63,056 nucleotides of DNA, filler included, from Circinaria calcarea (GCA_051942165.1; 15 parts of 15 records of this genome joined end to end with filler, not necessarily neighbours in it), one strand, 5' to 3'. Shown: positions 34,501-47,687, numbered from the whole stretch's first letter. Notes: generated by a model not told the origin, from the letters alone. A program made the numbers and translations.

Positions 34501-37500
34501 TTTAATTGAAAGGTTACCACCAACTGAGAAGCTTTTTCTGTCGGCATTGTGCTCTAAACTTCCCTAACTTCCTATAATGTTCCACGTGCGGTGTATATAT
34601 GAGTTTATTGAAGAAACTTAATATATATTTTATGTAGGACATGGTCTATAGTTTGGCCGACTACACGGTGCAAGATAGTTAAGAACTTAACCTTACGAGG
34701 GTCGGCCTTCCCAACTAACGTCCAAGAAGAGTGACTATCGAGGCGGGAAGGATGCCCCCTAAGCATGAACGACACTGATGTTTCGGGAAGACATCCGAAA
34801 CGCCAAATAACTTATCAGCGCGGTTCACTCACGGAAAAAGCTCTATGTATGATAGCAAACCCCTTTGAAATCCGGCCTGCGACAAACCTGCTTGGCCATA
34901 ACCTCTTCTCCATAAACGATCAAGGCCTAGCTTTTATGAAATCAGGCCCGCGGAAAGATTTTCAAGAGTCTTAAGTTGCAGCTCTGTTCGCCAACATATA
35001 TAAAAAGAGCCCCTTCAGGAATTGACCCGGAAAAGAGCCTGCATAGCAGACGATAGAAACGGAACTATGAAATCGGAACACCTCTTCAACTGGTCAACTA
35101 TATATGCGATATCTTTAACGAGAGGCAATAACCTAGTGGTGATCACCACCACAGGATAAAACGGAATGAACCAATAGGGTTATTAAACCCATAGGCTATA
35201 CGTTATAGTACATCTCAGGAGTAAAGACCGACTCGCGTTGAGAATGTTGGAGACTGGCCAGGTAGCTGCGGAGCGAACTTTAAAAACGCCAATAAGGCTA
35301 AAGACATTTTTGAGCTGCTTAGATCCGGCCGTGGTCTCCAGATAAGGCTTCCTATTGCACGATCCAATGTGCGGGATTTTCTTATTATTTATTACCGGTA
35401 TTTTGAGTCTGTTCCCGTGCTAACGAATACGTGCTCAATTTATATCAAATGGTTCACGTGGTATCGGAACTGAAATTATACGAGCAGGAATCGAAAATGA
35501 GCGTCTTATTCTTTAGACCTTTTTCCCCCGCTTGCCTCGCGGTCGTTTTTGGACGGACAGGGGAGATGGTAGTAAGCAGGATAATAATGGACCATTTCAA
35601 CATAAGCGAAAAAGTAATACATTACTACAAAAGAAATCGCATATTGAAGACTCTATCAGCAAACATCGAGGAGAGGCGGTACAGAATACTTTGGAAATTT
35701 GACCTCGGATTGCCGCCGACAAACACCTCGACGGGAAAACTAATGCGAATCTTTTGTGTAGGGTAGAATACGACGGGCAGGAGTTAGCAAGAACCGGAAG
35801 AGGCCGTCCATCTTATGTATAGGAGGGATGAAATAGATTAGGGGTATTTTGCAAGAATAAAGGAATTCCATCCCAAAACGCTAGCAAGACTTTGCAATAA
35901 GCACGCGCGGAGAGACCCATCTATATATATCGAATTTTAGAAAAGCCATTACACTCCGAGCGCCTTTCGGCGAGAGCAGAGCTCAACTCCCGCATGAGCA
36001 CTATTTAGCTGTGGGAGCATTCAGCAAGGACTTATAATAGAAACCTTTCGAGATACCTCCTGGCCACAGCTATTTCTCCAGTTAGCTCTGGTATCCTTCC
36101 CATATCGGGAACCTATGCTCCTCTCCGAAGACTCACACTCTGCGTTACCGCGGTCTTGGTTCTCGCAGATCCATGTCTTTCTTTCCGTCCCGCAGACGAC
36201 TCCCTCAATCTCAGACGATTAGGGAATCAAATGAGGTTATCGGTCTGCTGGATTTCAGGGGTTGAACTGGAGAGAAAGTCACGAATATAAGTCGGATTAC
36301 AAGAAAGAGCCTGCGGGGCAAGCTGCCAGCTTAAGCGATATGGGAAAATCCGTTTTTCAAAGGAATCTAATACAGTTTTTTCTGACAACCAAGACCGAAG
36401 GCCGAAATGGGCGGTTTGTGTTATACTCTCCAAAACCCCAGCAGGAAACATGTCGTACAAGAGATTAGTCCAATTTGAGAAGGTAGAGAGAAAAGAAAAA
36501 CGTAGAAACTTGATGGACGCAACACAATCAGCGAGTCTTGAAAATAGCCCGATAGACTTCACAAGTATAGTCCGGGAAGCTCATGGCTTAGATCTGAAGA
36601 ATTGTGTGAAAGTGGTAGATATTTATCCTTTCTCCTCTTCTTGATAACGTGGAGCACTTCATCGGGTATACAAGATGTGGAGACAGCTTCATAGTTACTA
36701 CTCATCCCCAAGTCCCCGCGATTTATTTCCGCACGTCGGACAGGCCTGCATTGACCACCATTCCGGCCACAACGTCCTGAAATCAGCCGGAAGGCTTCAG
36801 GCCTTTCAGAAGTGGGCGCTGCAGACCGTAGTGGGGACTTCGCCGCCGGCGCGAAAGCCGAAGAAGCTGCATTCGATCGCAGGTACCAAACTGGCTCGCG
36901 AAGAACAGCTAAGTTGCGGATGAAGCACTCACGGCTGGCGAGTCAGCAGCGATTATCGGAGAGTTACGGGTACCATTTTTGTTATCGGCTGGCTGCTAAG
37001 TACTTTTCTTGGGGGCTAATAATATCAAAGACGAGATTGCCGGGGGGCGAACGAAACGCTTTACTACCAAATTCAATATGCCTTCGAAGGCACCCCGAGC
37101 TAAATCAGGCCTTGAATCGGTTTTTCGCCTTATGATTCTAAAAATGCAGTTACTGCCAAACGGCCGGTATATCTGCGGGATCCTCTCGCATCTCACCACG
37201 GACGGGAGATAAATATACCCTGCAGCGCTGACAGAGTAATCCTTGAAATCGACTATACAAGGAGAGAAATGGGGTAAATGAAAGCGAGGAATCAAATGCG
37301 CGAATAGCCGCCTAGAAAGCCAGCGGGAGCAAAACCTAGAGTGAAAATCCAGTGGAGAATTGGATGGGGCCTTTTGAACGAAATACAAGGCATACGAACC
37401 TTGACGTCCTTTGCTGGCGTTTATAACCATAATGCATTTCTTTCGTTTATATACGACGGATCGATTAAAGGAGACGAAATCCGAGATATCATCGGCATAA

Positions 37501-38754
37501 GCGATCTCGATTGATACACCTTCTCCCAGCGGAGATTGATGGCGATTAACTTGGCAAACCCCCCCCCAGTCAAAAGACACAAAAGTACGAAAGTAGAAAA
37601 ACAAATGCCTGGTTTTCATAATGACTTTCATACAAAGAACATTAATCTAGAAGTGTCCTATAGGGAGGGATATTGGCAGATTTCCATGACAATCTTCCCT
37701 GAACCTGATGTACGACCTTACTCAGAACCCCTATCAAGTTATACATCATCTATACCAGCGGCTTCTCCAAGAACCGGAAGGGCACCCCCTCCACATCCTT
37801 ATGCCCGTTACTCAACCCCAACTTNNNNNNNNNNNNNNNNNNNNNNNNNNNNNNNNNNNNNNNNNNNNTTAATTAATTAANNNNNNNNNNNNNNNNNNNN
37901 NNNNNNNNNNNNNNNNNNNNNNNNGAATTATGAGGGGAAGGGATTCGAAAGGGGGTTTCAATCCTCCCTCACGAGTACTTTATGTTTAAATTCTGTCCTA
38001 TATCTCAGCCTTATTCCCAAAACTTCCTATTATCTCTCCTACCCCTTTTGAACAGCCCTACCCAATCTTCTACTTTAAAACCCTCGGGGGTCTTCTTATC
38101 CCACTGTATACACTCCAGGCTGCCCTCGCTGTCACACTCGTACCCTTACGCTTTTCCTCTAGCATAAATAGGGAATGAATTTGGTTTTCATCCTTCTCTC
38201 TACTATCCTAACTCACTTATCCCCAATCCCGAATACCTGCACCCGAACCCTTTACGCTATCTGCCCTGCACCCTCAACAGCACCGTTACGCCTAGACCGC
38301 CCAGACCAATTACAGAAACCCCATACCCTGCACCATTACCGACAGCGTCGAAGCTGCACTGAAACCGCCGGTGCAGTGCGACCCATACATACTGCACTAG
38401 CAGTACAGTTTAGAGGCTCACACCGCCAGTGCAGTGTGTTGGAAGTCGCGCCATGGACCTGTTATGGTAGGCCTAGCGTTAGTGTCATTCATGTATAAGT
38501 AGCGAGTCTCCCACACAGCAAATCTACAGCCATTTCACACATTCAACACAGTTGTAGCCAACCGATGTGCATAGGGGTTATGGGTCTCGGTAATTAGGGT
38601 CCACAGGGTAAAAGGGGGAGGAGTATAAGGGGTTCTAGGATGAGGCTCAACGTTTGGTCTAATAAGGCGATGGTATAGGGGCTGCATTGTTAGTGCAGGA
38701 AAGACTGTTATGGTGGCACAGTGTAGTGCAGTGCAGCCACCTAAACTTTATTAA

Positions 38755-38792
38755 TATTGCAGTGCAGTGCGCACTACTGGCGGCGCTGCTAG
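38755..38792 (+). mobile_element. Possible Helitron-type 3' terminus
   Basis: Palindromic AGTGCGCACT hairpin, about 9-13 nt spacer, then CTAG followed by T. It ends a non-coding stretch rich in TGCAC/GTGCA motifs. Confidence 0.3.
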
Positions 38793-39809
38793 TAACCCGG
38801 ATTTAAGATGTTTGATTGTCTAAACAATATAATAAAGTAGTCCATGGGACTCGGCTTCATAGTATGGAAAACTTCGACCAGATTCTCCTCTTCTCTAACT
38901 TACTGCTCGGATAAGAATTTGGCAGGTCAGGTTCTTTGATGAAATGCCTACGGTCACGTTGTGCACTATGCATTTGGAGGGGAAATTGAATGGGTTGAAG
39001 CTATGGAGTTTCTATGGAATTGTGGCAGTATTTATGATAGTCATGACCCTGCAGCTTGCCCACTTTGAAGCGGAGCAGCAAACTAAACAAAGGCTTCAAT
39101 GAACTTCTAGGAGCATTCTGCATGGAACGCGCGGGTGTGCAGAGCTTCTGCACGCATATTCACACCTTCCATCATATTCCAACACAATGACCCTGATAGT
39201 TATTAGCTCTATGTTTCCTGTAACGGGATATAAACCTGCCGTCTGAAAACAAGTTCTTCTCCAGAAAGTATATGATCCTGGAGCTCTTGAATCGGGTCGC
39301 ACTCATCTTGCGTCTTAAGCGCGAGAAAGGCGCAGTAAAACAGTATCATCCCTTAAGAAATATATTAGTTACTATAAGGTATAATGAGAAGAAGACTGAC
39401 GTTCGTAGCTCAAAAATCTTAAATTTGCTCATAGCTTCATTGGCTTATCCGGCAGGGGTTGCATCAACTGCAGGCATGAAGCTGCTCGGAGTATGCATGA
39501 AGATCGGATATACAATTGTACGACTAATTCACCTGTCTCGAAAGGCCTTTCAGGTAAGTTGAGGTCCCTATGATAACACTGCCCTTAGAGTGACTTACAA
39601 TTCGAGGATTATATCATACTCCAGACTAAGGTTGCTACTCGCTCATGGCATATCCGGTCCAAAGCAAGCAAATACATGACCCGTAGTTCCAAATGCGGTA
39701 GTCGGTCGGCTTTGATTGAAGACAAAGGGGAGCCAATGGGGGTTTGAGATATCCCTTGTAGGATGCGAGGTCGATGGTAATGGGATGACGGCACCCGTAT
39801 CACCTTTTT

Positions 39810-42031
39810 CTAAGCTTTGGACGGGGTAATCGGGTTCTCCGATGATCCACCAGCTGCTTCCTTATCCAATAGTAGCTGCACTATTTCTTTCTCCCCTAAC
39901 TGTGAAGCTACCATTAATGCGCTGCCATAATGGCCTCCCTGAATATTAATATCTGCTCCCTTATCCAATAGTAGCTGTACTATTTCTTTCTCCCCTGAGT
40001 ATGAAGCTGCTATTAATGCGCTGCCATAATGGCCTCTCTGAGCATTAATGTCTGCTCCGTTGTTAAATAGCAGCTGCACTATTTCTTTCTCCCTTGAACG
40101 TATAGCTGCTATTAATGCGCTGCCATAATAGCCTCCCTGAGCGTTGATATCTGCTCCGTTATCCAATAGCAGCTGTACTATTTCTTTCTCCCCTAAGTAT
40201 GAAGCTGCTATTAATGCGCTGCCAAATTCGCCTCCTTGAGCGTTAATGTCTGCTCCGTTGTCCAATAGTAGCTGCACTATTTCTTTCTCCCTTGAACGTA
40301 TAGCTGCTATTAATGCGCTGCCATAATAGCCTCCCTGAGCGTTAATATCTGTTCCCTTGTCCAATAGCAGTTGCACTTTTCCTTTGTCCCCTGAACGTGA
40401 AGCTGCTATTAATGCGCTAGTATATTCGCCTCCATAAGCATTGATATCTCTATCAGGGCTCTCCTCCAACATATTTAATTCTGCTTCCTTTCTAAATGGG
40501 TGATCATATTCAGCCGCATGAACCTCTGTTGTAATCTTATCAACAGATTTACTCAATACCGATGAAGCTGTGATATCAACGGGATTAAGCAATCGGGAAA
40601 TAGACTCTCTCAACATTGTAGAGTTTTCGGAAGCTTCATTAAGACCACGAGCATTCTCTAAAGCTTCGGCAGTGAGAGAATTAGAAGAGCCTTCTTGGAT
40701 GAAAACATCCTCATTTTCGTCATTCCACGCAACCTCTTCAACATCGTCCCGGCGTGAATCCTGAACCTCAGCGTTCGCAGATTTTGATGATCCCTGGCCG
40801 GCATCTGAACTGTCCTCCAAACCTGTTGAATTGGGAAGAGCGAAGAGTGCGACTCTTTGTAGGTGGCTTGCAATGTGGATCTGCATCTGCATCGCATCCC
40901 CACTCTCAGGAATATATAGGCAGAAAGGGCAAGAGCGGTCCTGTATATTCGATACAGTTGCACCTGCAGCCATAGCAACATCCAAATTCAAGAACGGTTC
41001 TCCTTGATGTTGTTGTGACAGATGAGACTCAAAGTCCAAGGCAGTCAAATAGGTCTCCGTAGGATGTTGGAGGCAGCGCCATGCCCTGTTGTGTGTCCAC
41101 TGCTCGTGTGTCGCCCAGTCTCTCCAGTTGTCATACATTTGATCGCCGGCTCTACAATCAACGTACGTACAAGTATAGGGCCGAAGATCACGAAGCACAT
41201 GCTCCCTATTCGATTTAGCAGTGATTATACAGGTGACTTGGGTCTTGTAGATCATAACGACCTTACCTCCAAGCATTCTTTTCTAGAATAGACCGAGAGC
41301 ATAGCACGAAGCAGTATGGACACGAAAAGTGTTTCGCATTCTTAAGTGCTGAGGGAGGCTCAGGGATTTCGACACGTTCGTCATTGACTCCTTGTGCCTG
41401 GGGGGCCACAGACCGTCCAGACTGTCTTGATATTGTAGAGGCAGTGTCATCGAATCTTATATTTTCAGGGTTCTGCAGAAATGAAGCAGTAGATGGCTTG
41501 GAAAAAGCCTTTGAGGATGGTATAATGCTCAGCTTACTGCTTTTAGAAACGCCTTCACGTTCAAGTCGTGCAGTAGCACCAGTATCGATCTTTTCTTCAA
41601 GGGCCTTGGCTGTTTCTTTGGCATTCTTTGCTCTGTGTCTGGCCCAATACCCAAATTGCTTTCGGCGATAGGTGTTAGCTTTGGCAAGTCTCGATAAAAG
41701 CTGTTGGTTCTCTTCTGTGAGGAACCTGGGCTTGTGGTCAAGATCGCGCTGCTCTTCGGGGACATTTTCAGGATCCTTCAGCTTGACAGATCGATATTCC
41801 CAGAATAGCTCCCTGACGTGACGGTAATCAATGTCTAGATAACTCTGTATAAGATCTATCCCTGTCTCTCCGTCAATGTGCGTGAAGGCAGCGGCCTTCG
41901 AGCTCACAAGTCGAATCGCCGGATTTCGAATCTTAGTTGCTGTCTTATACAATCGATCAATGATATCGATCGCAGACGTCAACAAAGTCGTAATCTGGGA
42001 TTGATCTTGATATTCGCTAAGGTCTTCCACC
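39810..42031 (-). CDS. C2H2-type zinc-finger-cluster protein with six highly conserved C-terminal ankyrin repeats; 5' truncated
   Basis: Intron at about 41207-41267 joins CPYC...NAWR to EHVLRDLRPYTCTYVDC...WATHEQWTH...CPFC...HIASHL. Six 33-aa DINAQGGxYGSALIAA...KEIVQLLLDxG units. Confidence 0.88.
39860..40450 (-). repeat. 99-bp intragenic tandem repeat (six ankyrin units)
   Basis: GCTGCTATTAATGCGCTGCCA and CTATTTCTTTCTCCC recur every 99 bp. Confidence 0.95.
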
Positions 42032-42137
42032 NNNNNNNNNNNNNNNNNNNNNNNNNNNNNNNNNNNNNNNNNNNNTTAATTAATTAANNNNNNNNNNNNN
42101 NNNNNNNNNNNNNNNNNNNNNNNNNNNNNNNAAATCT

Positions 42138-44120
42138 ATGCACCAGCTCACCCAAGACGACTTGGACGATGATAGACCCATCGCGGTGCGTCGAAAGAGG
42201 CGCATGAGCACAGCACTGGCGAGCCCCCATCGAGAAACTCAAGCCAACTCTTCTGATCGAGGAGCACCAAATGCCTTGAAAACACCTACCAAGCCGAAGA
42301 AGAGAGTTCGCTTCTCCGACCCTGGTCTAGAGACGATAACAACAACTTCTTCTTCCACTGGTATAACACCATTCATAGAGCGTACCACCCTACGAGTCGA
42401 GTTTCAAGAATCCCCCCCTTCATCACCTCGACTACTGGCCCGAACCCCACGTAGACGCCTCTCACTGCCAGTCGAGCTTGCGGTAAACCACTCGGCATCG
42501 ATTCCCTCACCCCCACTATCTGGAGAGATCCAATTCGCCCCTCTACGTCAGGTGCTGGACGATAGGTCCAAGAGACGTCTGCGAAGAAATAACCTCAGCG
42601 ATGAAATCAATGAAATCGAACAGGAAAAGAAGGAGGATGTTAAGAGACGAATGGAGATTCGGGACTTGAAGGAGGAACTGGCCCTGGCCAGGCAATTAGG
42701 CAGTGAGGTGATTGAAAATGCGCCAACCGTTACAGGGAATCAGGAGAGAATTCAAGAATTGGAAAATGAAATATTGGCACTAAAAGAAGAGATCCGGGAG
42801 CGATCCATGACTGCAGCATCCTCCCCAGCCACACATGATGATGATCAAGTTTCAACTCCAAACAATGACATGTTTGATGTGGGCCTTGATGATACTGACT
42901 TCATCATGGTGCATCAAGATGATTATACTCAGCCGGAAATTGGGAAATCTGCGTCAGAAATGGGTATTCAAACTCTTGTCACATCTTCCGAAGCGGAGTC
43001 CTTACAGAATCAGTTCGACCAGAACATGTCCCACCTGGTTAAGGCTCGACTGGAGTTAGAACATATCTGTCCTGGCGAAACCACCCTCGGCCTCACAGTC
43101 ACAAATGCTGATACTGGGTCGCTTCTCAATGCTCTTCTCGACCGATTGCGCGACTTCAGGGCTCGACTCATTCTATTGGATGCAACAACTGCCACTACAC
43201 AGATGCAAGAGTCGAACCTTCGCTCTCAGTTCAATGCAGTCCTTCAGCAACTAGATCGCGCCAGAAGTTATGGTGAAGAGATCGCTGCTCAGAACAAGGC
43301 ATCGATCCTAAAAGCCGAGGCTGCCGAAGGTAGAGCGCGGGCGTCTGAGGCCGATGTTATCGAGAAGGAGCAGACGATAAGCAAACTCCAGCGTGCTCTA
43401 GATTCATACCGAACGGAAGTTTCGAATCTTGAAAGCTTGGTAACAAGGCTAGAGGCGGACCACGAGAATGCCGTTCGTGACCTGAGAGCAGAAATGGACG
43501 AAGCAGTAGCAGATCTAGAGTGCCATGTCACCGCCGAGACGCAGGGTAGGCGAGAAGCCGAAGCAGAGTGCGAACAACATCTGCTTAAGATCAGGGAGCT
43601 GGAGACCATGGAGGCCGAGTTAAAACAAGCTGTGTACGAGAAGCAGAGTTTAATCAGAAGTTTGGAAGAGGAGGCAGCGAAAGCGAAAGAAGCAAAAGAA
43701 GTAGAGCTTGGAGGACTGAACGTCAAGATCGGTCAACTGGTATCGACTTCGGAGGGTTTCAAGGCGGACCTTGCAAAATTGGAGACTGAAAAATCAGGCT
43801 TGGTTCACCGTCTCGAAGAGGAGAGGCAGGCGGGATCCAAGGCCATGCTGCGAGTGAGGGATGAGATGAAGCGGTGCTTGAATCAAATTGAGACTGTTCA
43901 GCACGAGCATATGAAGGATGCACAGAGTCGAGGTGCTGAAGTAGCTGAGCATAAAGGATTGCTCACTCCAACGAGTGCCGTAAGATTCAGGGATACGGAC
44001 ACGTGTGAAGGACGTGTAGAGGTTCACAGAGGCAAGTCTAGAACGAAGAGAGGCATTGATAGCGGTATTGGGATTCTGGAAGAAGACGAGGACGAGGACA
44101 TGACTGGTGTAAATTTGTAA
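42138..44120 (+). CDS. Coiled-coil protein of unknown function
   Basis: 660-aa ORF with KRVRFSDPG and QFAPLRQVLDDRSKRRLRRNNLSDEIN, then long heptad-rich helices. Confidence 0.85.
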   Translation: MHQLTQDDLDDDRPIAVRRKRRMSTALASPHRETQANSSDRGAPNALKTPTKPKKRVRFSDPGLETITTTSSSTGITPFIERTTLRVEFQESPPSSPRLLARTPRRRLSLPVELAVNHSASIPSPPLSGEIQFAPLRQVLDDRSKRRLRRNNLSDEINEIEQEKKEDVKRRMEIRDLKEELALARQLGSEVIENAPTVTGNQERIQELENEILALKEEIRERSMTAASSPATHDDDQVSTPNNDMFDVGLDDTDFIMVHQDDYTQPEIGKSASEMGIQTLVTSSEAESLQNQFDQNMSHLVKARLELEHICPGETTLGLTVTNADTGSLLNALLDRLRDFRARLILLDATTATTQMQESNLRSQFNAVLQQLDRARSYGEEIAAQNKASILKAEAAEGRARASEADVIEKEQTISKLQRALDSYRTEVSNLESLVTRLEADHENAVRDLRAEMDEAVADLECHVTAETQGRREAEAECEQHLLKIRELETMEAELKQAVYEKQSLIRSLEEEAAKAKEAKEVELGGLNVKIGQLVSTSEGFKADLAKLETEKSGLVHRLEEERQAGSKAMLRVRDEMKRCLNQIETVQHEHMKDAQSRGAEVAEHKGLLTPTSAVRFRDTDTCEGRVEVHRGKSRTKRGIDSGIGILEEDEDEDMTGVNL

Positions 44121-44729
44121 AGAGGAGGTTGTTGCAGCATGCGTCTTGACAGAGTTAAGTACAGTCGTGTCATTCAAGCGTACATATGCATAGATAGCTG
44201 GTGTTGGACATATCTGGATACGACAGGGACCAATCTGTATTGTAACGAATTACCGTGGAAGGTTCGGGAGCTTTATATGATTGTGAACGTTCGCTGGTGC
44301 CACGCAGTCGATCCTAATTTTATTGTTAGCCGAATCCAGAAAGATGCCCAAGCTCCACCTCCCTGGCCGAAATTGTTGTTCCTGCATTTATTGTTCATCT
44401 CATATACTCATAACTCTCAACGGGGCACGCCCTTCCCACCAGTGAAAGCGACTGTATGTAGGACACTTGAGAGGAGCTGTGTGAGTATATGTTCGTTATC
44501 CCCTTGGATCTCGATCCATCTCGCAGATTACGGAGTACGTACGGCACGAAATACGCGAACAAGAATGTTGATCGACGCGTTTCGCCGGAGCGAGCTCTAG
44601 GTTTCACCCCCGGCGTTTGCAACCTCACGCACGCACCTTTTCTGTCTTTGTGTAGGACATGAGTCACGGAAATCACTTGTGCATTGAGAGATTTGCATCT
44701 TGCTAACTTAAGAATGCGAACTCGCAGTC

Positions 44730-46238
44730 ATGTCCGAGCAGCAATCAAGCAGCGGCGTCCGTAACATAATGGCGATGTTCGAGGCGAAGAAAGAATCTAC
44801 CTCTCCACCTTCTCGCGGTAGATCGCCAGTCGGATCTGAAGGAGGAAGGAGCACTAGCTCACGGCCGATTTCCAAAGTGCGCACCAGCTTCGTAGCAGTT
44901 GAGCGAAGTGGTCAAATCGGACCTCAACTTGGGCCGAGGAAGATGAGCAACAGTGGAGAGAGTGGCAATGGCGCAGAAGGCGGGAGCGAATCGAAATCAG
45001 ACACATCGGCTGCGAATTTAGAAGAGAAAGAAATTCCCAAGACCAATGGTGTTCATACATCTGAGCCAACCACCACGCTCGAAAAAGTAAAAGAGGAGGA
45101 TGCTCCCGATGAGTTGAAAGAGAATCTATCGAACAAACAAGATAAAGCTGTCCCACCGCCATCTCGAGAACATGCCAATTCAACGAATGGTCCTAACACA
45201 TCTGCAGCTGAAGATGCAGAGGACCTTGGAACTGTGCTCAAGGGATCACCATTCCAGGCAGTGTCACGCAAACCAACTGAAGACTCAGCAGCGAAACAAG
45301 CTACCCCTTCCAAACCTGTTCCAACTGAGGGTACTACGGACAAAAAGAGTCCTACTCAGAGCAGAGGCAAATCTACAAGAACAGAAGGGACGTCTGCTGC
45401 CAAATCCTCCAAGTCAACAGGGCCCACAACCACCACACCACGACCGTTACCTATACGCACGAAACCAAATGCGGAAAAGCTTTCAAAGCCAAGTCTTGCA
45501 ACTCCATCCGCTGAAGTTAGCAAATCCCCGCGTACGCCCAGAACACCAAAGTCACCTGCCCAGCAACTGTCAAAAGTCTCCTCCCCAAGACAGCCACTTG
45601 CAAAGACGTCATCCCCTAGACAACCTATGCCTGAAGGTGAAGCAAGCAAGCCTATCCCAGCAGATTCCTCCAAAGTACCCGCAAAGAAACCGACGACATC
45701 GTCGATAAAGGCAGCCATCCCGAATGCTGGTAAGCCACGACCTGCCCCTCCTACTAGCAACGCCCCAGCCACCAAAAAATCGGTTTCGTTGTCTGGTAAA
45801 CCACAACCCAAGTCGCCGACTCGGCCTGTTCGTCTTCCTTCGTCTGCTACTGCTTCTACGGCGGCATCTGCAGCCAAAGTCGGTGGAGCGCCCCCGCCAC
45901 GTTCTCCTAGCCGAGTAAGCACCACTGCCAACACCAGCCTCGGTCGTAAGCCTTCGATGCTTAGTAAATTGCGCGGACCTCCGGCTGGTACAGCGTCGTC
46001 TCATTTACGTAGCAAGCCCGCTCGTACGTCAATTGAGCGTCCGCAGTCGCGTACAGGAACAGCAGGGCAGCCTTCGGATAGAGGATTCTTAGCTAGAATG
46101 ATGCGTCCCACTGCTAGTTCTGCTAGTAAGATCCATGAGAAGATAGAGCCGAAATCTCCTCCCCGGAAAATTGCACCTACCAAGCTGAAGCGGAAAAGTG
46201 AAGGCATTGAAGATGGAAAATTGAAGAATTCGGATGCG
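44730..46238 (+). CDS. Disordered Ser/Pro/Lys/Thr-rich protein; 3' truncated
   Basis: More than 500 open codons. Short motif-like islands VRNIMAMFE, KVRTSFVAVE and GFLARMMRPTASSASK. Confidence 0.85.
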
Positions 46239-46347
46239 NNNNNNNNNNNNNNNNNNNNNNNNNNNNNNNNNNNNNNNNNNNNTTAATTAATTAANNNNNN
46301 NNNNNNNNNNNNNNNNNNNNNNNNNNNNNNNNNNNNNNGCAGAAATG

Positions 46348-47538
46348 TCAGACGTTGCCAACCACAGGCTTGAGAATCTCCGGGACTATTACACCGGCAT
46401 CACCCTCGAAGAACCAGTCCCCTTTGACCAAGCCTTTTGTTCCTCCGGGCGCGTCTGCCTTATCGATGTTGACCACTGCAACTCTGGCTCCCTTGGCCCT
46501 CGCAATATTCACATATCCAGCTGCTGGATAAACCTTGGCACTCGTGCCGATGACCAAGATCAAGTCGATCTTCTTGGACTCGGACACGAAATTGTCAATG
46601 GCCGAAAGGGTGTCCCCTGGCAACATCTCTCCAAACCACACGACTCCGGGTCTTAGCAGACCGGTTTTGCATTTGGGACAGTGTGGCAAATCTTTGATAT
46701 CGATCTGAGGGATTGGAACGTTTTCATCGGATATATCCAGCGCTTTCCTTGGAAGCTGACCTCCATTCGCCATGCCCATTGCGGCATACAGGTTTCCTGA
46801 CGCATCTGCGCCTGTCTTATCCGCGGATGCAGGCTTCGGTTGGGGGCCTTGAGTGGGAATAGCTAACGCTGGCGCGATTGGATCTGTAAAATTATCTTGC
46901 TCCCAGTAGTTGCAATAGAACGAGGTACACCTGACGTCAAATAACGATCCGTGAAGCAGATGCAATGTAGAGCTTGGATGGCCTGCCCGTTGGCTTAGCC
47001 CTAAGCCCAGAGCTTAGCGACACTTGAATGCCTCTCCAGGCACGGAATTAGAAAGTACCGTCAACGTTCTGACTTAGAGTCACAAAGCCGTCCTTTTTCC
47101 TCGTAAGCTTAGCTAAGGCATAATGGGCTTTGTTGGGTTGCGCTTGCAAAGCCCTGAACTCTCAGCCCATTATTAGTATTGAGTTATAAATGTACCTGAA
47201 TCCTGGTGAGGATCCTACATATGTCTCCTGTAGCTATAGAACTGCCAGACAAGGGCTGGATCGGCTTCAAAAGCTTCGGGCGTTGCGAGGGATGTTGCCT
47301 CATGGCTCCTCCACAATCCTCCCGCGCCTCGGAAGGTTGGTAAGCCTGATGATGCTGAAAGGCCAGCACCAAGTAGAGCCAAAATTCGTGTCGAGGACTT
47401 GAGATGGGCTGTAAATGACTCGAGGTCAGCCGGGGAGATTGATGAACCGGGCGAGGTCGCCATCTTTCTGAGCGTAGGGAGACAGGCTGCCTTAATGATA
47501 GGAATCAATCTTAATCTACCATTTGATAGTGTAAGCAT
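46348..47538 (-). CDS. Class III sirtuin (SIRT5/CobB-like NAD-dependent protein deacylase)
   Basis: [23 protein letters not shown] (YxxR), QNVD, HGSL, two Cys pairs, [13 protein letters not shown]. Two introns. ATG at 47538 or 47463. Confidence 0.93.
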
Positions 47539-47687
47539 CGAACATCGGTTTTGCCATCTTCTATAGAATATATACTGTTTTGTGTAACCTGCTGCCGCAA
47601 TTGATGAAATGACGGGGTCGGAGGTGTGCTTCGGTCACGAAAGATTTGAGAACCGCCGCGAACCCCAAGCGTCACCATTGCGCCACT

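Noticed and set aside
36996..37631. 211-aa minus-strand ORF
   Set aside because: No recognisable motif and an atypical composition rich in Phe, Arg, Ile and Cys; likely a chance ORF.
17519..42031. NLR, ankyrin protein and membrane proteins as one immune gene cluster
   Set aside because: They lie on separate contigs ordered only by length, so there is no linkage information.
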